Part shown: one piece after another, positions 31,165 to 41,606 of the stretch
Numbering within the stretch: position 1 is the first letter of the stretch
Layout of the letters: each line of letters begins with the position of its first letter
Origin: an uncultured bacterium
GTDB lineage: Bacteria > Abyssobacteria > SURF-5
Length of the DNA: 64,000 nucleotides
Direction of reading: 5' to 3'
Assembly (NCBI GenBank): GCA_964607485.1
Contig: CAZSKP010000004.1
Location: 64,001-128,000 of the forward strand
Notes under the pieces: model-generated
What the model was told of the DNA's origin: nothing
Database searches by the model: none
The model's input: only the letters and a program-made list of their open reading frames with translations
Translations under genes and position numbers: made by a program

Positions 31165-31844
31165 AGATGAGTGAATCACTAGTAGAAACCAATAATATCA
31201 CAAAGGTTTTCCGGCGAGGGCAAACCTACCTGGAAGCCTTGCGCGGGATAAGCATTTCTATCAGAAAGCAGGAATTCGTGGCGATAATGGGGCCGTCAGG
31301 CTCTGGAAAATCGACCTTGTTGCACATACTCGGGTGTTTGGATCGCCCTACTTCCGGAGCATATTATTTTGGCGGAGAAGATGTTTCTCATCTCAGCGAC
31401 AGACAGCTTTCCCGAATACGCGCGACCCGAATTGGGTTTGTCTTTCAAACGTTTAACTTAGTTCACCAACTCAATGTCCTGGAAAACGTGAGTCTTCCGT
31501 TCATTTATCGAGATGATGAGCAGGAGCTGGCCAAGTTCCGGGCAGTCAGCGCAATAGAGAAGGTAGGACTTGCGGAAAGAATGTGGCACCGCCCTTCTGA
31601 ACTATCCGGTGGAGAGTTACAGCGGGCTGCAATTGCAAGAGCGATATCGATCAATCCGTCGATTATCTTGGCCGATGAGCCTACCGGGAATCTGGATATT
31701 CGCACAGGGATGAGCATTATTGACTTGTTCCTGCAACTCAATTCTCACGGAGTTACCATCATCCTCGTGACCCATGATAAGGATGTGGCCGCGTCTGCGC
31801 AGAGACTCCTCCGTATTAGAGACGGCGTGATCAATTCGGTCTGA
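31161..31844 (+). CDS. ABC transporter ATP-binding protein (MacB/LolD type)
   Basis: [25 protein letters not shown]. Confidence 0.93.
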   Translation: MKMSESLVETNNITKVFRRGQTYLEALRGISISIRKQEFVAIMGPSGSGKSTLLHILGCLDRPTSGAYYFGGEDVSHLSDRQLSRIRATRIGFVFQTFNLVHQLNVLENVSLPFIYRDDEQELAKFRAVSAIEKVGLAERMWHRPSELSGGELQRAAIARAISINPSIILADEPTGNLDIRTGMSIIDLFLQLNSHGVTIILVTHDKDVAASAQRLLRIRDGVINSV

Positions 31845-31853
31845 GAGCCAAAG

Positions 31854-33086
31854 ATGAGAATTCAGGAACTGGTCAAACACAGCATTCGTTCCCTCGGTCA
31901 GCACAAGCTCAGAACGTTCTTGAGCGCCATCGGAATAGTTTTCGGCGTGACTGCGATAATAGCAATGGTCTCCATCGGAGAAGGCGCCAAACGCGAGTCA
32001 TTGGCGCTCATTAAGCAGCTCGGTGAGAGCAACATAATCCTGCGAAGCTTGGACATGACCGAAGCACAGGAATGGGCGGCCAAAGAATCTCATTCAGGCG
32101 GGCTGCAGTTGACCGATGCGGATAGAATAAGGGCAACAACGTCGAATGCAGAAGAGATTGCGCCGGTAATAAATGTCAAGGCTGCCCTATCAAAGGCGCC
32201 AAGAGGGTTCAACCCTGAGATAATTGCCACGACCGAGGCTTACCGGGAAATATTGAGTCTGCCTATGGCAGAAGGCCGATTTCTTTGCGAAGAAGATGTG
32301 AGGAGAAAGAATCTCAGTTGTTGTATCGGATGGGATGTCTTCCAAGGCCTGGGACCCGCCGGAAATATAGGCCAATCGCTCCGAATCGAAGACACGTCTC
32401 TAAAGATTATTGGGATTCTGCAGGAGCGAGGGTGGAGCAGCCGCGAAGGTCAGCCGATTTCGGTGCGAAACATAGACCGAATGATTGTGATCCCATTGGG
32501 CACCGAAAGGGCGATTCAAGATTCGACTTCCTCCGACGGGAGGCTTTCGGAAATTGTGGTCAAGCTCGCCGACAAAAGCGACGTTCCATTGACCGCGAAC
32601 CTCGTAGCGGACATTGTGCGAAAAGCCCATCGGGGCGCAGAGGACTTCAGCATAGTTATCCCTCAGGAACTCCTGAATCAGGCACGAAGGACACACGCAG
32701 TTTACAATGCCGTCCTCGGATGTATTGCCGCCATTTCTCTATTGGTCGGCGGTATCGGCATAATGAACATAATGCTTGCAACGATATCGGAAAGAACACG
32801 AGAAGTCGGCATCCGGCGCGCCGTTGGCGCAAATAAGGAACAAATATTTGTCCAATTCTTGGTTGAAACGGTCGTGCTCACGCTCATCGGGGGTGTCCTC
32901 GGAATTGCCGGCGGCATCTTTGTTTCTGTTCAGATTGCGACATTCATAGGGTGGAAGACGGTTGTCACGGGCTGGTCGGTGTCACTTTCCTTGGCCACGT
33001 CGGTTCTGGTTGGGATATGTGCGGGAACCTACCCTGCCGTACGGGCTGCAAGAATGGATCCGATAGAGGCATTGCGGTTCGAGTAA
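31854..33086 (+). CDS. ABC transporter permease (MacB/FtsX type)
   Basis: SLLVGGIGIMNIML..ERTREVGIRRAVGA, AARMDPIEALRFE. Confidence 0.93.
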   Translation: MRIQELVKHSIRSLGQHKLRTFLSAIGIVFGVTAIIAMVSIGEGAKRESLALIKQLGESNIILRSLDMTEAQEWAAKESHSGGLQLTDADRIRATTSNAEEIAPVINVKAALSKAPRGFNPEIIATTEAYREILSLPMAEGRFLCEEDVRRKNLSCCIGWDVFQGLGPAGNIGQSLRIEDTSLKIIGILQERGWSSREGQPISVRNIDRMIVIPLGTERAIQDSTSSDGRLSEIVVKLADKSDVPLTANLVADIVRKAHRGAEDFSIVIPQELLNQARRTHAVYNAVLGCIAAISLLVGGIGIMNIMLATISERTREVGIRRAVGANKEQIFVQFLVETVVLTLIGGVLGIAGGIFVSVQIATFIGWKTVVTGWSVSLSLATSVLVGICAGTYPAVRAARMDPIEALRFE

Positions 33087-33514
33087 AAGCTCTCAATATC
33101 AGCAGTAAACCCTTCCCCTCTCAATTCTTAACTCAGCAAACTCGGCATAAGAGATTCCCCATTGGTCAAGAGTCGCAATGGCTCCAGAATTGCCGAAAAA
33201 ACGGCTTACAGACTTGACAAAATGGCCCGGGTATGATTATATTTGGGCGTGCCGGACATTTTCTATAAAAGAAACAACTTATAGGCTATTCTTATAAGAG
33301 TCATCGGTTAATTTCATTTAACGGAAAATCAATCGTGGCTGGAACATCCGGAGACTTCGGCGGAATCATTGACGCGACGTACGCAGCGAGCTTTCTAAAC
33401 TTGACGGAGATGTGATTTGAAGCTGGATTTGGCTCTAAAGGGGAATTTCCTGCCGGCTCGAGCCCCAAGATTCACCGGTCGTTCAACCCGCCAACAGAGA
33501 AAGGGTGATGACTC

Positions 33515-34540
33515 ATGAAGAGACTATGCATTTTTATCTGCTCCTTCCTTCTGTCGGTTTTTGCCGTAACCCCGTATGCGGCGGCCCAGCTTTGTCCTGA
33601 GCCCGGCGGTGGAGCCGACGTAGTCGAGGTATTCAAGGACGCTTGTGACGAATGTGAGCGGGGCCCTGTTTTAACGTGCAGGGAGGATTTCTCCATCACA
33701 CTCATCGACATCGTCAAAGACGCAGTGACAAGGAAGACTACCTTTATTTACGAGGTACAGAATACCCCGGACACGACGGTCGACAGAGATCTGGCTCACT
33801 GGGTCCTCGGCATCGACCTCGATCAGCTCCAGCTTTTCCTCGCCGATGGCAAGACCTTATCCGACCTTTTCGAAACCTGTTCGGTTGGGGGATTGGAAGA
33901 GGGCATGGATTGCGGCCTTGTGATTCCCGATCCGACAACCCAACTGGATGGCATGAAATTCGAGGCTATTCTTGCCGACGGCGAAAGCCAGACGTTCAGG
34001 GTCACGTTTGACGAGACCGCACTGATTCCGGGAAACGCAATCGGGGAAGGATGTGTTATCGCGGCTACCAAAGCAGGAGACGAGGATATTCAAAGGACAG
34101 ACAGGCAGGCCCCGGGTTACGTCTGCATATCCGGCCCTGTTCTTGTGGAAGGACCATCAGAATTCGTTTGTCCGAGAAGTCAAGGGTATTGGAAGAATCA
34201 TCCGGCTGCGTGGCCCGTTGAATCCCTGGAATTGGGATGTCAGAGCTACTCGAAAACAGAATTGTTGACCATTCTGAACACACCTCCGAGAGGGGATGCA
34301 AGCCTGATATTGGCCAAACAACTAATTGCCGCCAAACTGAACATTGAGAATGGTTCGGATCCTGGTCCAGTTGCGGGAACAATAGAATCAGCAGACGAAC
34401 TGCTCTGCGGTTTTTCCGGAAAACTGCCATATCGAGTGCGGACTTACATTCTAAGCGGACACCAAATGGTGAGGCGTGCCCGCGTGCTGGATGCCTACAA
34501 CAATCGCTGGCTGACTCCAAATTGCGGGTGCCATCAATAA
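33515..34540 (+). CDS. secreted Cys-containing hypothetical protein
   Basis: Signal peptide; C-terminal domain starting RSQGYWKNHPAAWPV, LAKQLIAAKLNI. Confidence 0.7.
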   Translation: MKRLCIFICSFLLSVFAVTPYAAAQLCPEPGGGADVVEVFKDACDECERGPVLTCREDFSITLIDIVKDAVTRKTTFIYEVQNTPDTTVDRDLAHWVLGIDLDQLQLFLADGKTLSDLFETCSVGGLEEGMDCGLVIPDPTTQLDGMKFEAILADGESQTFRVTFDETALIPGNAIGEGCVIAATKAGDEDIQRTDRQAPGYVCISGPVLVEGPSEFVCPRSQGYWKNHPAAWPVESLELGCQSYSKTELLTILNTPPRGDASLILAKQLIAAKLNIENGSDPGPVAGTIESADELLCGFSGKLPYRVRTYILSGHQMVRRARVLDAYNNRWLTPNCGCHQ

Positions 34541-35185
34541 TTACGGGCTCGGTGAAGAGAGATTTCGCAAGGCTTTCTCTTGTCTGATTCTGTTGGATGA
34601 CGATGCGTCTCTCCTGGTCCGAATGATAAGACCTCCACGTCGGAACGCACGGTATTTGTTGCTATCCTGATTGAATTTGGTAAACGATGGGGAAACGACG
34701 CGCTCCGCAGGCTTGCGCGAGATTTGGGCGCACCTTGCGGAGAAGCGATGGTTTTTTTCTTATAATGAGTCGCCTCGTGGGACCTCAACACGCTGAAGAA
34801 TTTCCGCCTGCGCCGGGCAGAGCGTGACTATTCCCTTCCCTAAGTCCTTCCATGACAATGTTGTTGCGTTCTTGAAATATTCCTGCTTGCTGGAACGCTT
34901 GAGATGCGCAACCAAAGAGCATCTGGGAATTTCTGCGCTTTGGATGGAATGAATAGGATCTGGGAGAAGATTTGTGATGAGAATCTTGACTTTCCCTCTT
35001 TCGCTCCGCCTGGCGAATTCGGGCAAGAGTTGCACTATGCAAAATTGCAGAATATCAACCCTTCCTGACCAAACCTTGACCGCGGTTTCCATCCTTTGCA
35101 TGCTTGGGTTTTATAGTTGCACCGTCAGGATATAGAGAACGCCCTCACACAACGGCTCAAAATGGCTCCTGGAAATGAAGGAACC

Positions 35186-35653
35186 CTACGAATCAACCGA
35201 TTGCGTCGTCGCAGAAACTCTGCGGCCTCCATATCGGGCGCTCATGTACATGCTGTTGGTCAGTCGAAGGCGATGACAGAGCATGGCGATGATGTTGATA
35301 AGGAATTGCCTGGACACTCTCTTACGCAGCAGGTTGTCCAGCATGTCCTCGCTCAGTTCAAGAACCTGTGCAGGCTCCCTGACAACGGCGTGCGTCGAGC
35401 GCGTATGGCCTTCTTCGAACATCGCCATCTCCCCGAAGATTTCACCAGGTCCCAATTTGGCTATGATCTCCCCCTGATCACCCAGCTGGTCGATGATGTC
35501 GATCCTCCCCGTCAGTATGAGAAACATCTCATGGCCTGGATCCCCCTTGCGGAAAAGCAGCTTTCCGCCGGGGAGGGGGCAAATCATGCCCCATTCGATG
35601 ATTCGATTGATTTCCCCTTTGCTGAGCCCATCAAAAATCTGGAAGGTCGTCAT
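35186..35653 (-). CDS. stand-alone cyclic nucleotide-binding domain protein
   Basis: LFRKGDPG, LGPGEIFGEMA, RSTHAV; paralog of 18980-19444. Confidence 0.87.
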   Translation of the reverse strand: MTTFQIFDGLSKGEINRIIEWGMICPLPGGKLLFRKGDPGHEMFLILTGRIDIIDQLGDQGEIIAKLGPGEIFGEMAMFEEGHTRSTHAVVREPAQVLELSEDMLDNLLRKRVSRQFLINIIAMLCHRLRLTNSMYMSARYGGRRVSATTQSVDS

Positions 35654-35745
35654 GGCTCATCCTCCTCTTAGATGCTTTAGCCGTTGCGAAGACATTCGTG
35701 GGAATCCTGCAATCCGAATGTGCTGCCGGCTGTGCAAAATCCAAT

Positions 35746-36984
35746 TCACCTCCTGCGGGCGTATTCCACCCTTTTGTCCAATATTTTGTCCCTCACTTTT
35801 CTTATAGTTGATATGAGGTAGTCTAACTGGTCCGTTGTATGGTTATACATCACAGATATCCGCAGTCTGGCCTTTCCCTCGGGCACGGCCGGCCACATTG
35901 ATGTGGGAACAAGAATGCCATAGCTGGACAGCATCTGCGCGGCGGCATATGTTTTTCTCTCGTCGCCTATGAGTATGGGGATTATTTGAGTTTCCGAACC
36001 GCAAATATTCAACCCCATTTCCAAAAAGGCTTCTCGCAGATACCTCGCATTTTCCATGAGTCTCTCTCTGCGCCATGGCTCGTTTCTGACAAGTTCTAGA
36101 GCTTTCATGAGGCCGTACACGACCGGAGGCGCGATGGGGGCGGAGAATATGTACGTTTTGGCCGATATCCGAAGATAATCAATCAGTTCCGTGCTCCCGG
36201 CGACAAAACCGCCGATACCGCCGAAGGATTTCTCTAAAGTGCCCGCCACAACGTCGGCTTTTCCCTCAATGTCGAAGTATTCCTCGACCCCCCGTCCGTT
36301 TCTTCCCAAAATTCCGGTCGCATGGGCATCATCCACGTATACCATTGCGTTGTATCGCTTGGCCAGCGTCAGAATGTCGGGCAGTGGCGCGATATCTCCA
36401 TCCATGCCAAAAACTCCTTCAACAACAATCAACTTCCTTTTTTGTTTCGTGTGCTCTCTCAACTTGGCCTTCAGGTCTGCCATATCGCTGTGTTTGAAGA
36501 TCTCTTTGGGGGCGCCACTTACTCTTATTCCAGCTATCGCGCTGGCGTGATTGCACTGATCGCTGAAGACAACGGTTTCTGACCCACTCGAGAAGCCTTC
36601 ACCGAGCATCAAGAGCGAGGGTTTGATAACGTCAACGATCGCGGGAATGGCCCCGGAGTTGGTCATGTAGTCGGTGGAGAACGTCAGGCACGCTTGCCTG
36701 CCTTTGAAACCGGCAATGCGCGTCTCCAACTCTTCGTGAATCTCGGAGTTGCCGCCCAGCAGCCTGGATGCACCGGTTGCCATTCCCCATTTCTTTAGAC
36801 CCTCGGCCGCTGCTGCAATTACCCGCGCATCGTTCAACATGCCGAGATAGTTATTACTCGAGAACATCAAGATGTTTCTGCCTTCCACAACTGTCTCCGG
36901 CTCGTGGGGACTGTTGACCGTGGGTGCGTACGGATACAGTTGCATGTTCCTTGCTCTGTCAAGCACTGTGGAAATGCTCTCCAT
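35746..36984 (-). CDS. PLP-dependent alpha-oxoamine synthase (BioF/Kbl/SPT family)
   Basis: SSNNYLG, NHAS, GVFGMDGD, DDAHATG, GTLEKSFG (PLP Lys); start set at GGGAGG-preceded ATG. Confidence 0.88.
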   Translation of the reverse strand: MESISTVLDRARNMQLYPYAPTVNSPHEPETVVEGRNILMFSSNNYLGMLNDARVIAAAAEGLKKWGMATGASRLLGGNSEIHEELETRIAGFKGRQACLTFSTDYMTNSGAIPAIVDVIKPSLLMLGEGFSSGSETVVFSDQCNHASAIAGIRVSGAPKEIFKHSDMADLKAKLREHTKQKRKLIVVEGVFGMDGDIAPLPDILTLAKRYNAMVYVDDAHATGILGRNGRGVEEYFDIEGKADVVAGTLEKSFGGIGGFVAGSTELIDYLRISAKTYIFSAPIAPPVVYGLMKALELVRNEPWRRERLMENARYLREAFLEMGLNICGSETQIIPILIGDERKTYAAAQMLSSYGILVPTSMWPAVPEGKARLRISVMYNHTTDQLDYLISTIRKVRDKILDKRVEYARRR

Positions 36985-37229
36985 GTCGTCCTCCCATATT
37001 TGCAATCCCTCGAATCTCCTCCATTTCTTATCTGCGAAAAGGGTGGGCCGCCCGTTCATATCATGCAGGGTGACCCTCACTGTCCAGGAGTCGCGTCATG
37101 GCCATATCGTCCACGTCCCGCTCTCCAAGAGAGACCATTGATTATCCGTCAGTCTCGTTTCAGACTCTCGGGCCGCATACGACGTTGCAGCTCGCTTCCC
37201 TGAAGATGTCGGAGAGTCGTCAGCCACGG

Positions 37230-37517
37230 TCACGTTCCGCATCCCACGACATCCCGAGCCTGCTCCGAACTGGAATCAGCCGTGCCCCCAGATAGGCCAT
37301 GGAGGAAGGTTGGAGAAGCGCCTAAGCTAGGCACTCTCCTGAACGATTGCCCCTCTGCCCCGGCTGCACTCTGTTTCGGAGAGATCAACATTAACCAGAG
37401 CTCGTCGAAGTTCCTGAAGACCTTTTTCCAGTTTGAGCCGACTTCTTCAATGGTTCCCTTGAATATTTCGGGGTTCCTTACGCCGCGATGGTAGACCTGA
37501 ATGAAATAGCTTTCCAT
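37230..37517 (-). CDS. small hypothetical protein downstream of the BTAD regulator
   Basis: GGAGGT RBS; MESYFIQVYHR..GTIEEVG..KVFRNFDELW. Confidence 0.6.
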   Translation of the reverse strand: MESYFIQVYHRGVRNPEIFKGTIEEVGSNWKKVFRNFDELWLMLISPKQSAAGAEGQSFRRVPSLGASPTFLHGLSGGTADSSSEQARDVVGCGT

Positions 37518-37664
37518 CACGCACCTCCCTCTTTGATGACCCACTATTTGCCGGTCGTCTTCGCTTCTTGAAACTGACTGAATCTTATCGCATGGGGGAT
37601 TACGGATAGGATACGGGGAGGTAACAGATAGACAAAAAAATCAGGTGACCAAGATTTTTTTTGA

Positions 37665-40600
37665 TTAATTTTCCGAGAGGACGGATCTGTAGACAGCCTC
37701 AGTTTCGGACGATGGCTCTATGCCTAAGCTCTCGAACAGCAATTTCTTGCAGCGGTCATAAATCAACAGGGCCTCGGTTCGTCGCCCTGACTGCTGATAG
37801 CATCGCATGAGCCCTCGATAGAATTCCTCAGCGAGGCTTTCTACGTCCAGAGCTTGGTGGTAGCATGTTGCAGCCTTGTCCCATTCTTTGATCTGTTCCC
37901 AATATTGGGCCAGTTTTCCAACGCCACGAATGAATTTTCTCTGCATTTGTTCCCGAGGAAGTATTGCCCACGACGCCTCGCTTTCCTCCACGAGGAATGG
38001 GCCCCGATAGATCTCCATGGCCTCCTCGATCGACCGAGTCGCCTCTTCGGCAGCGCTTTCCGTTATCTTCCCTCTTTTCCAAACAGCATCGGCCCGTTCG
38101 AGCAGCCGCTCAAATGTCCAAACATCAATCCAGCAGTATCTCTCGTCCAGCGTCAGACAACCTTCTCGAAGCTGGACGGCTTCGGGATACCCGATCAGCT
38201 TACGGAGGCGGTGAAGGGTGGTTGCGAATGATCTATGCGCCATATCACCTTCGGCGTCGGGCCAGAGCAAATCGGACAGCTGTTCTTCTCTTACTCTCCT
38301 TCCACCGCAGGCTACCAGCGCCTTTAGGAGGGACAGAGGCTTCTGTTGTGCTTTCCGGGAGAATTGGACCGGTCTTCCCTCTGTAACGAGCTCGAATCCT
38401 CCCAATGTGAATATCTTCACGGCCCAGGGCCAATTCTGCAGGTGGATGGGCGGAGTATCCAGAACGAGGCCATGCTTCAGGACGAGCTTCTGACCATATT
38501 CAACTTCAATACCGGCCTCGAGCGCCCTGGCACAAAGCCTGGCCATGACAGCCGGGCGATGGCCAAAGGGTTCGGTGTATCCCCGTTGCTTTCCGACCCT
38601 CATGGCTCTGCGGAGCGACGCCAGCCCGGCTTCTTGCTCGCCCCGATCGAAGCAAAACGTCGCCTCCGCCCAGAGGGCGTGAAACTCAAGCTGTGCGCTC
38701 TTGGTCTCATGCGCGATCGCGAGCGCGTGCGCAAGATGCTCCGACGCCTCCCGATGGTTCCCAGACTCATGCATAACATGGGCCTTTGCCAGATGAGACA
38801 TGGCCGCGGGAAGAGGGTACCCGGAATCGACGGCCAGTTTCAGGGCCTGCTCGGCCTGCGCCGCAGCCTGCTCATGATCTCCCCGAAGCAATGCTTCCCG
38901 CGTTCCCATGAAATGGTAATTATACATATCCCACGGCTTATGGCTTCCGGTGGTTACCTCATCGATGAATGCCTCTATCTTGCCATACAGGTGTTCTCCG
39001 ATCACATTCATTCCATACTCTTCACTGATTTCAAGCCTGCTGCCCCGGATGTGCTCATGCAGGTAATATGCAGCGTCCACGGGAATATAGCTGTTGTCGG
39101 GGTCGTGGACAATCAGGGTAGGAACACGAATGTCGGCAAGGAGCGGACGGACATCGGTCGCGCCGATTGCCGCCGTTATCTTAGACCAAGCATGTTTGGG
39201 AACCCGTCTCAAAACGGCAGAGATGGCGTCCGCCCGGTTTGTCCCGCTTCTGCCACGGGTGAGCTGATGGATAGCACGGCCTCGGTCCGATGCGTCTGCA
39301 CCGAGGAAGGAAGCAAGGACTTCGGGGTTGATCCCGAAGAGGAAATCCTCTGAGTTGAAAAGCTTTGGGCTGGTGCCGGCAAGGATCAGCCCTGCCGTAC
39401 GCTCGGGATGCTGGGCCGCAAAGGAGATGGCCAGGGGGCCCCCATCCGTGGAACCCCAGAGGACCGCGCGCTCGACTCCGGCGGCGTCGAGCACGGCGCG
39501 AATATCCTCCGCGCCGGCAAGGAGGCTGTAGCCCCTTGCGGGTGCGGCAGAGTAGCCCACGCCGCGCCGATCGTAAAGGATCACGCGGCAGCGGCGGGCG
39601 ACCCAGCCCCATCTTTTTTGGACAAACTTGTTTCCGGAACGAATGGCCGGGCAGTTGCTGAGTCCGACGGCGAGCACGTGAGGACCCATCCCCCCGATCA
39701 CCTCGTAGGCGAGCTTTACGCCGTTGCTGTCGGCATACTGGAGGACTTGACCGTGGAGACGCACGCGCGTGGTCGCTGTCAACCCCTCGTATAGGGTCTC
39801 GTGAACAAGGGTGTGCGAGAACCGATAGCGGCCCGCAATGTTGGGCACTTCCCTGATCACGTCGGCAGAGATCGCTTCCTCCAGCAGGTCAAGCAACCGC
39901 TCGCCCGGAAGGTCGCTTGCCCGCTCCAAAGCCTCAAGGGTGAATTCCCGGCCGATGACGGACGCGATCGCCAGGACGCCGTTGCACTCCTCCGACAGAC
40001 GCAATAGCCTTTGGCCGACAACCTCTTTCACGCCTTCGGGGATGCTCATCTGCTCTATGGACACGTCAGTCTCCCAGCGGTCGGCGCGCTGGCGGATGAT
40101 TCCCGTGTCAATGAGGTGACGCAGCACCTCCTCAATAAAGAAGGGGTTGCCCTCGGTCTGCTGGTGGATGGTGGAGATCAGCGTCGCCGCAGGCTCTTGA
40201 CCGAGCCAGTGGCCGATCATCGTGGCTACCTCCGGCCGATCGAGACCCTTCAGGGAAATCCTCCTGAAAGCAGTAGTCCGACGCATGTCGGCGAGTGCCT
40301 TCTTAAGCGGATGCTCGGGCGCCAGTTCCATCTCTCGGTAAGTTCCCATGATGAGCAAGGGCGACTGCATCGAAGACCGCATGATATGCCTGAGGAGGAG
40401 CGGTGTGAGCTCGTCCGCCCACTGCAAGTCGTCGAGGATCAATACTACGGGGCTATCCTTGGACATTTCCGACAGAAATGCGGTGACAGCATCGAATACG
40501 CGATGAGAGGCGTTGCCGGCCAAGTCAGGGGCCGGTCGCTCGAGCATATCGTGCAGGTGGTCGGCCACTTCCGGCACCAGCGCGGCCAGCTCACTCCCAA

Positions 40601-41486
40601 CCTCCCCCACTTGCGCTTGCAGTTTTTCAACCGGACAAAGAGAAACATAGTATCGTAGCGCTTCAACAAAAGGCTGGCAAGGGAATGTCGCGTACTCGTC
40701 CGCGTGTCCGAAGATCACGGTTGCTCCCTCGGCGTGAGCGGAAACGGCTATCTCGGATGCGAGGCGCGTCTTCCCGATACCCGGCTCTCCTGTCAGCAGA
40801 ACCAACCGGCGTTCTCCCGTCCGTGCTCTCACCCATTCCTCCCCAAGACACATCAATTCCCGTTCCCGTCCGACGAAGGCCGACCTTTCGCCGGTCGTGA
40901 GCAGTGGAGGCAGGGGTACTGGCGTGAGCATATCTTCTGCGGCCGTTTTCCATATCACCTCGAAGGCGGAAATCGCCTCGGCAACGCCTTTCAGCGTGAG
41001 CAGTCCCAGATCGTGGAAGCTGTGGCCGCCGCGCGAGCCGACGAGGCGTCGCACCAGATCGGAAGCGAGGATCTGCCCTCCCATGGCGCGTTCGCACAGT
41101 CGCTTTGCAACGACCACCGACATGCCGAAGTAATCCTGCTCTTCCCGGATTGGTTCGCCGACATGGAGGCCCACCCGAACCTGTAGGCGATGACCTTCAT
41201 CGTGCCGCTGATTAAAGAGATTCACTGCTTGCAGCATCGCGATGGCGCAGGCGAGGGCATCCAGGGCACTCGCGAAGACCACCATCAGTCCGTCGCCCAG
41301 CTTCTTCACCTCCTGCCCGCCTCGCACAGCTATGGCGTTTCGGAGGAGTTGCAGGTGAGTGAGCCACAGCACGCGGGCCCTGTTGTCGCCGAGTCGCTCC
41401 AATAGCTCGGTGGAGCGCTCGATGTCGGTAAACAGGAGGGTGACGGTTCCGAGGCGAGCCTCAGGCGAATATTTCGCTTCGGGCAT
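37665..41486 (-). CDS. multidomain regulator: class III cyclase - STAND ATPase - alpha/beta-hydrolase fold - TPR - SARP/BTAD
   Basis: LFTDI..KLGDG..RVGLHVG; GEPGIGKT, LILDDLQWAD; YDRRGVGYS; IFTLGGFEL..LLWPD..TLHRLRK..YRGPFL..LGIEPS. Confidence 0.88.
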   Translation of the reverse strand: MPEAKYSPEARLGTVTLLFTDIERSTELLERLGDNRARVLWLTHLQLLRNAIAVRGGQEVKKLGDGLMVVFASALDALACAIAMLQAVNLFNQRHDEGHRLQVRVGLHVGEPIREEQDYFGMSVVVAKRLCERAMGGQILASDLVRRLVGSRGGHSFHDLGLLTLKGVAEAISAFEVIWKTAAEDMLTPVPLPPLLTTGERSAFVGRERELMCLGEEWVRARTGERRLVLLTGEPGIGKTRLASEIAVSAHAEGATVIFGHADEYATFPCQPFVEALRYYVSLCPVEKLQAQVGEVGSELAALVPEVADHLHDMLERPAPDLAGNASHRVFDAVTAFLSEMSKDSPVVLILDDLQWADELTPLLLRHIMRSSMQSPLLIMGTYREMELAPEHPLKKALADMRRTTAFRRISLKGLDRPEVATMIGHWLGQEPAATLISTIHQQTEGNPFFIEEVLRHLIDTGIIRQRADRWETDVSIEQMSIPEGVKEVVGQRLLRLSEECNGVLAIASVIGREFTLEALERASDLPGERLLDLLEEAISADVIREVPNIAGRYRFSHTLVHETLYEGLTATTRVRLHGQVLQYADSNGVKLAYEVIGGMGPHVLAVGLSNCPAIRSGNKFVQKRWGWVARRCRVILYDRRGVGYSAAPARGYSLLAGAEDIRAVLDAAGVERAVLWGSTDGGPLAISFAAQHPERTAGLILAGTSPKLFNSEDFLFGINPEVLASFLGADASDRGRAIHQLTRGRSGTNRADAISAVLRRVPKHAWSKITAAIGATDVRPLLADIRVPTLIVHDPDNSYIPVDAAYYLHEHIRGSRLEISEEYGMNVIGEHLYGKIEAFIDEVTTGSHKPWDMYNYHFMGTREALLRGDHEQAAAQAEQALKLAVDSGYPLPAAMSHLAKAHVMHESGNHREASEHLAHALAIAHETKSAQLEFHALWAEATFCFDRGEQEAGLASLRRAMRVGKQRGYTEPFGHRPAVMARLCARALEAGIEVEYGQKLVLKHGLVLDTPPIHLQNWPWAVKIFTLGGFELVTEGRPVQFSRKAQQKPLSLLKALVACGGRRVREEQLSDLLWPDAEGDMAHRSFATTLHRLRKLIGYPEAVQLREGCLTLDERYCWIDVWTFERLLERADAVWKRGKITESAAEEATRSIEEAMEIYRGPFLVEESEASWAILPREQMQRKFIRGVGKLAQYWEQIKEWDKAATCYHQALDVESLAEEFYRGLMRCYQQSGRRTEALLIYDRCKKLLFESLGIEPSSETEAVYRSVLSEN

Positions 41487-41606
41487 CGGTGGCCTCCGCT
41501 CTGCGCTGAGGGAATGGTTTCCCCTCACATTGCCCAACGGGGGGTCGGCTGCCCGATCCCTTCAGCAATCCGCCGACGAGTCCTCTCCATGCGCCGTGTG
41601 GAGGAG

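Noticed and set aside
33240-33514. Long leader before the secreted protein as a riboswitch
   Set aside because: No riboswitch consensus recognised by eye; needs a covariance-model scan.
2175-35064. Further very weak repeat-like traces at ~2175-2218, 6190-6213, 23068-23086, 33120-33134 and 35051-35064
   Set aside because: Matches of only 10-20 nt with altered spacing; not counted without an HMM score.
35186-41486. Cyclase plus cNMP protein as Pycsar or Avs anti-phage defence
   Set aside because: The cNMP protein has no TM or TIR effector and the STAND protein ends in a transcriptional BTAD, so regulation is more parsimonious.
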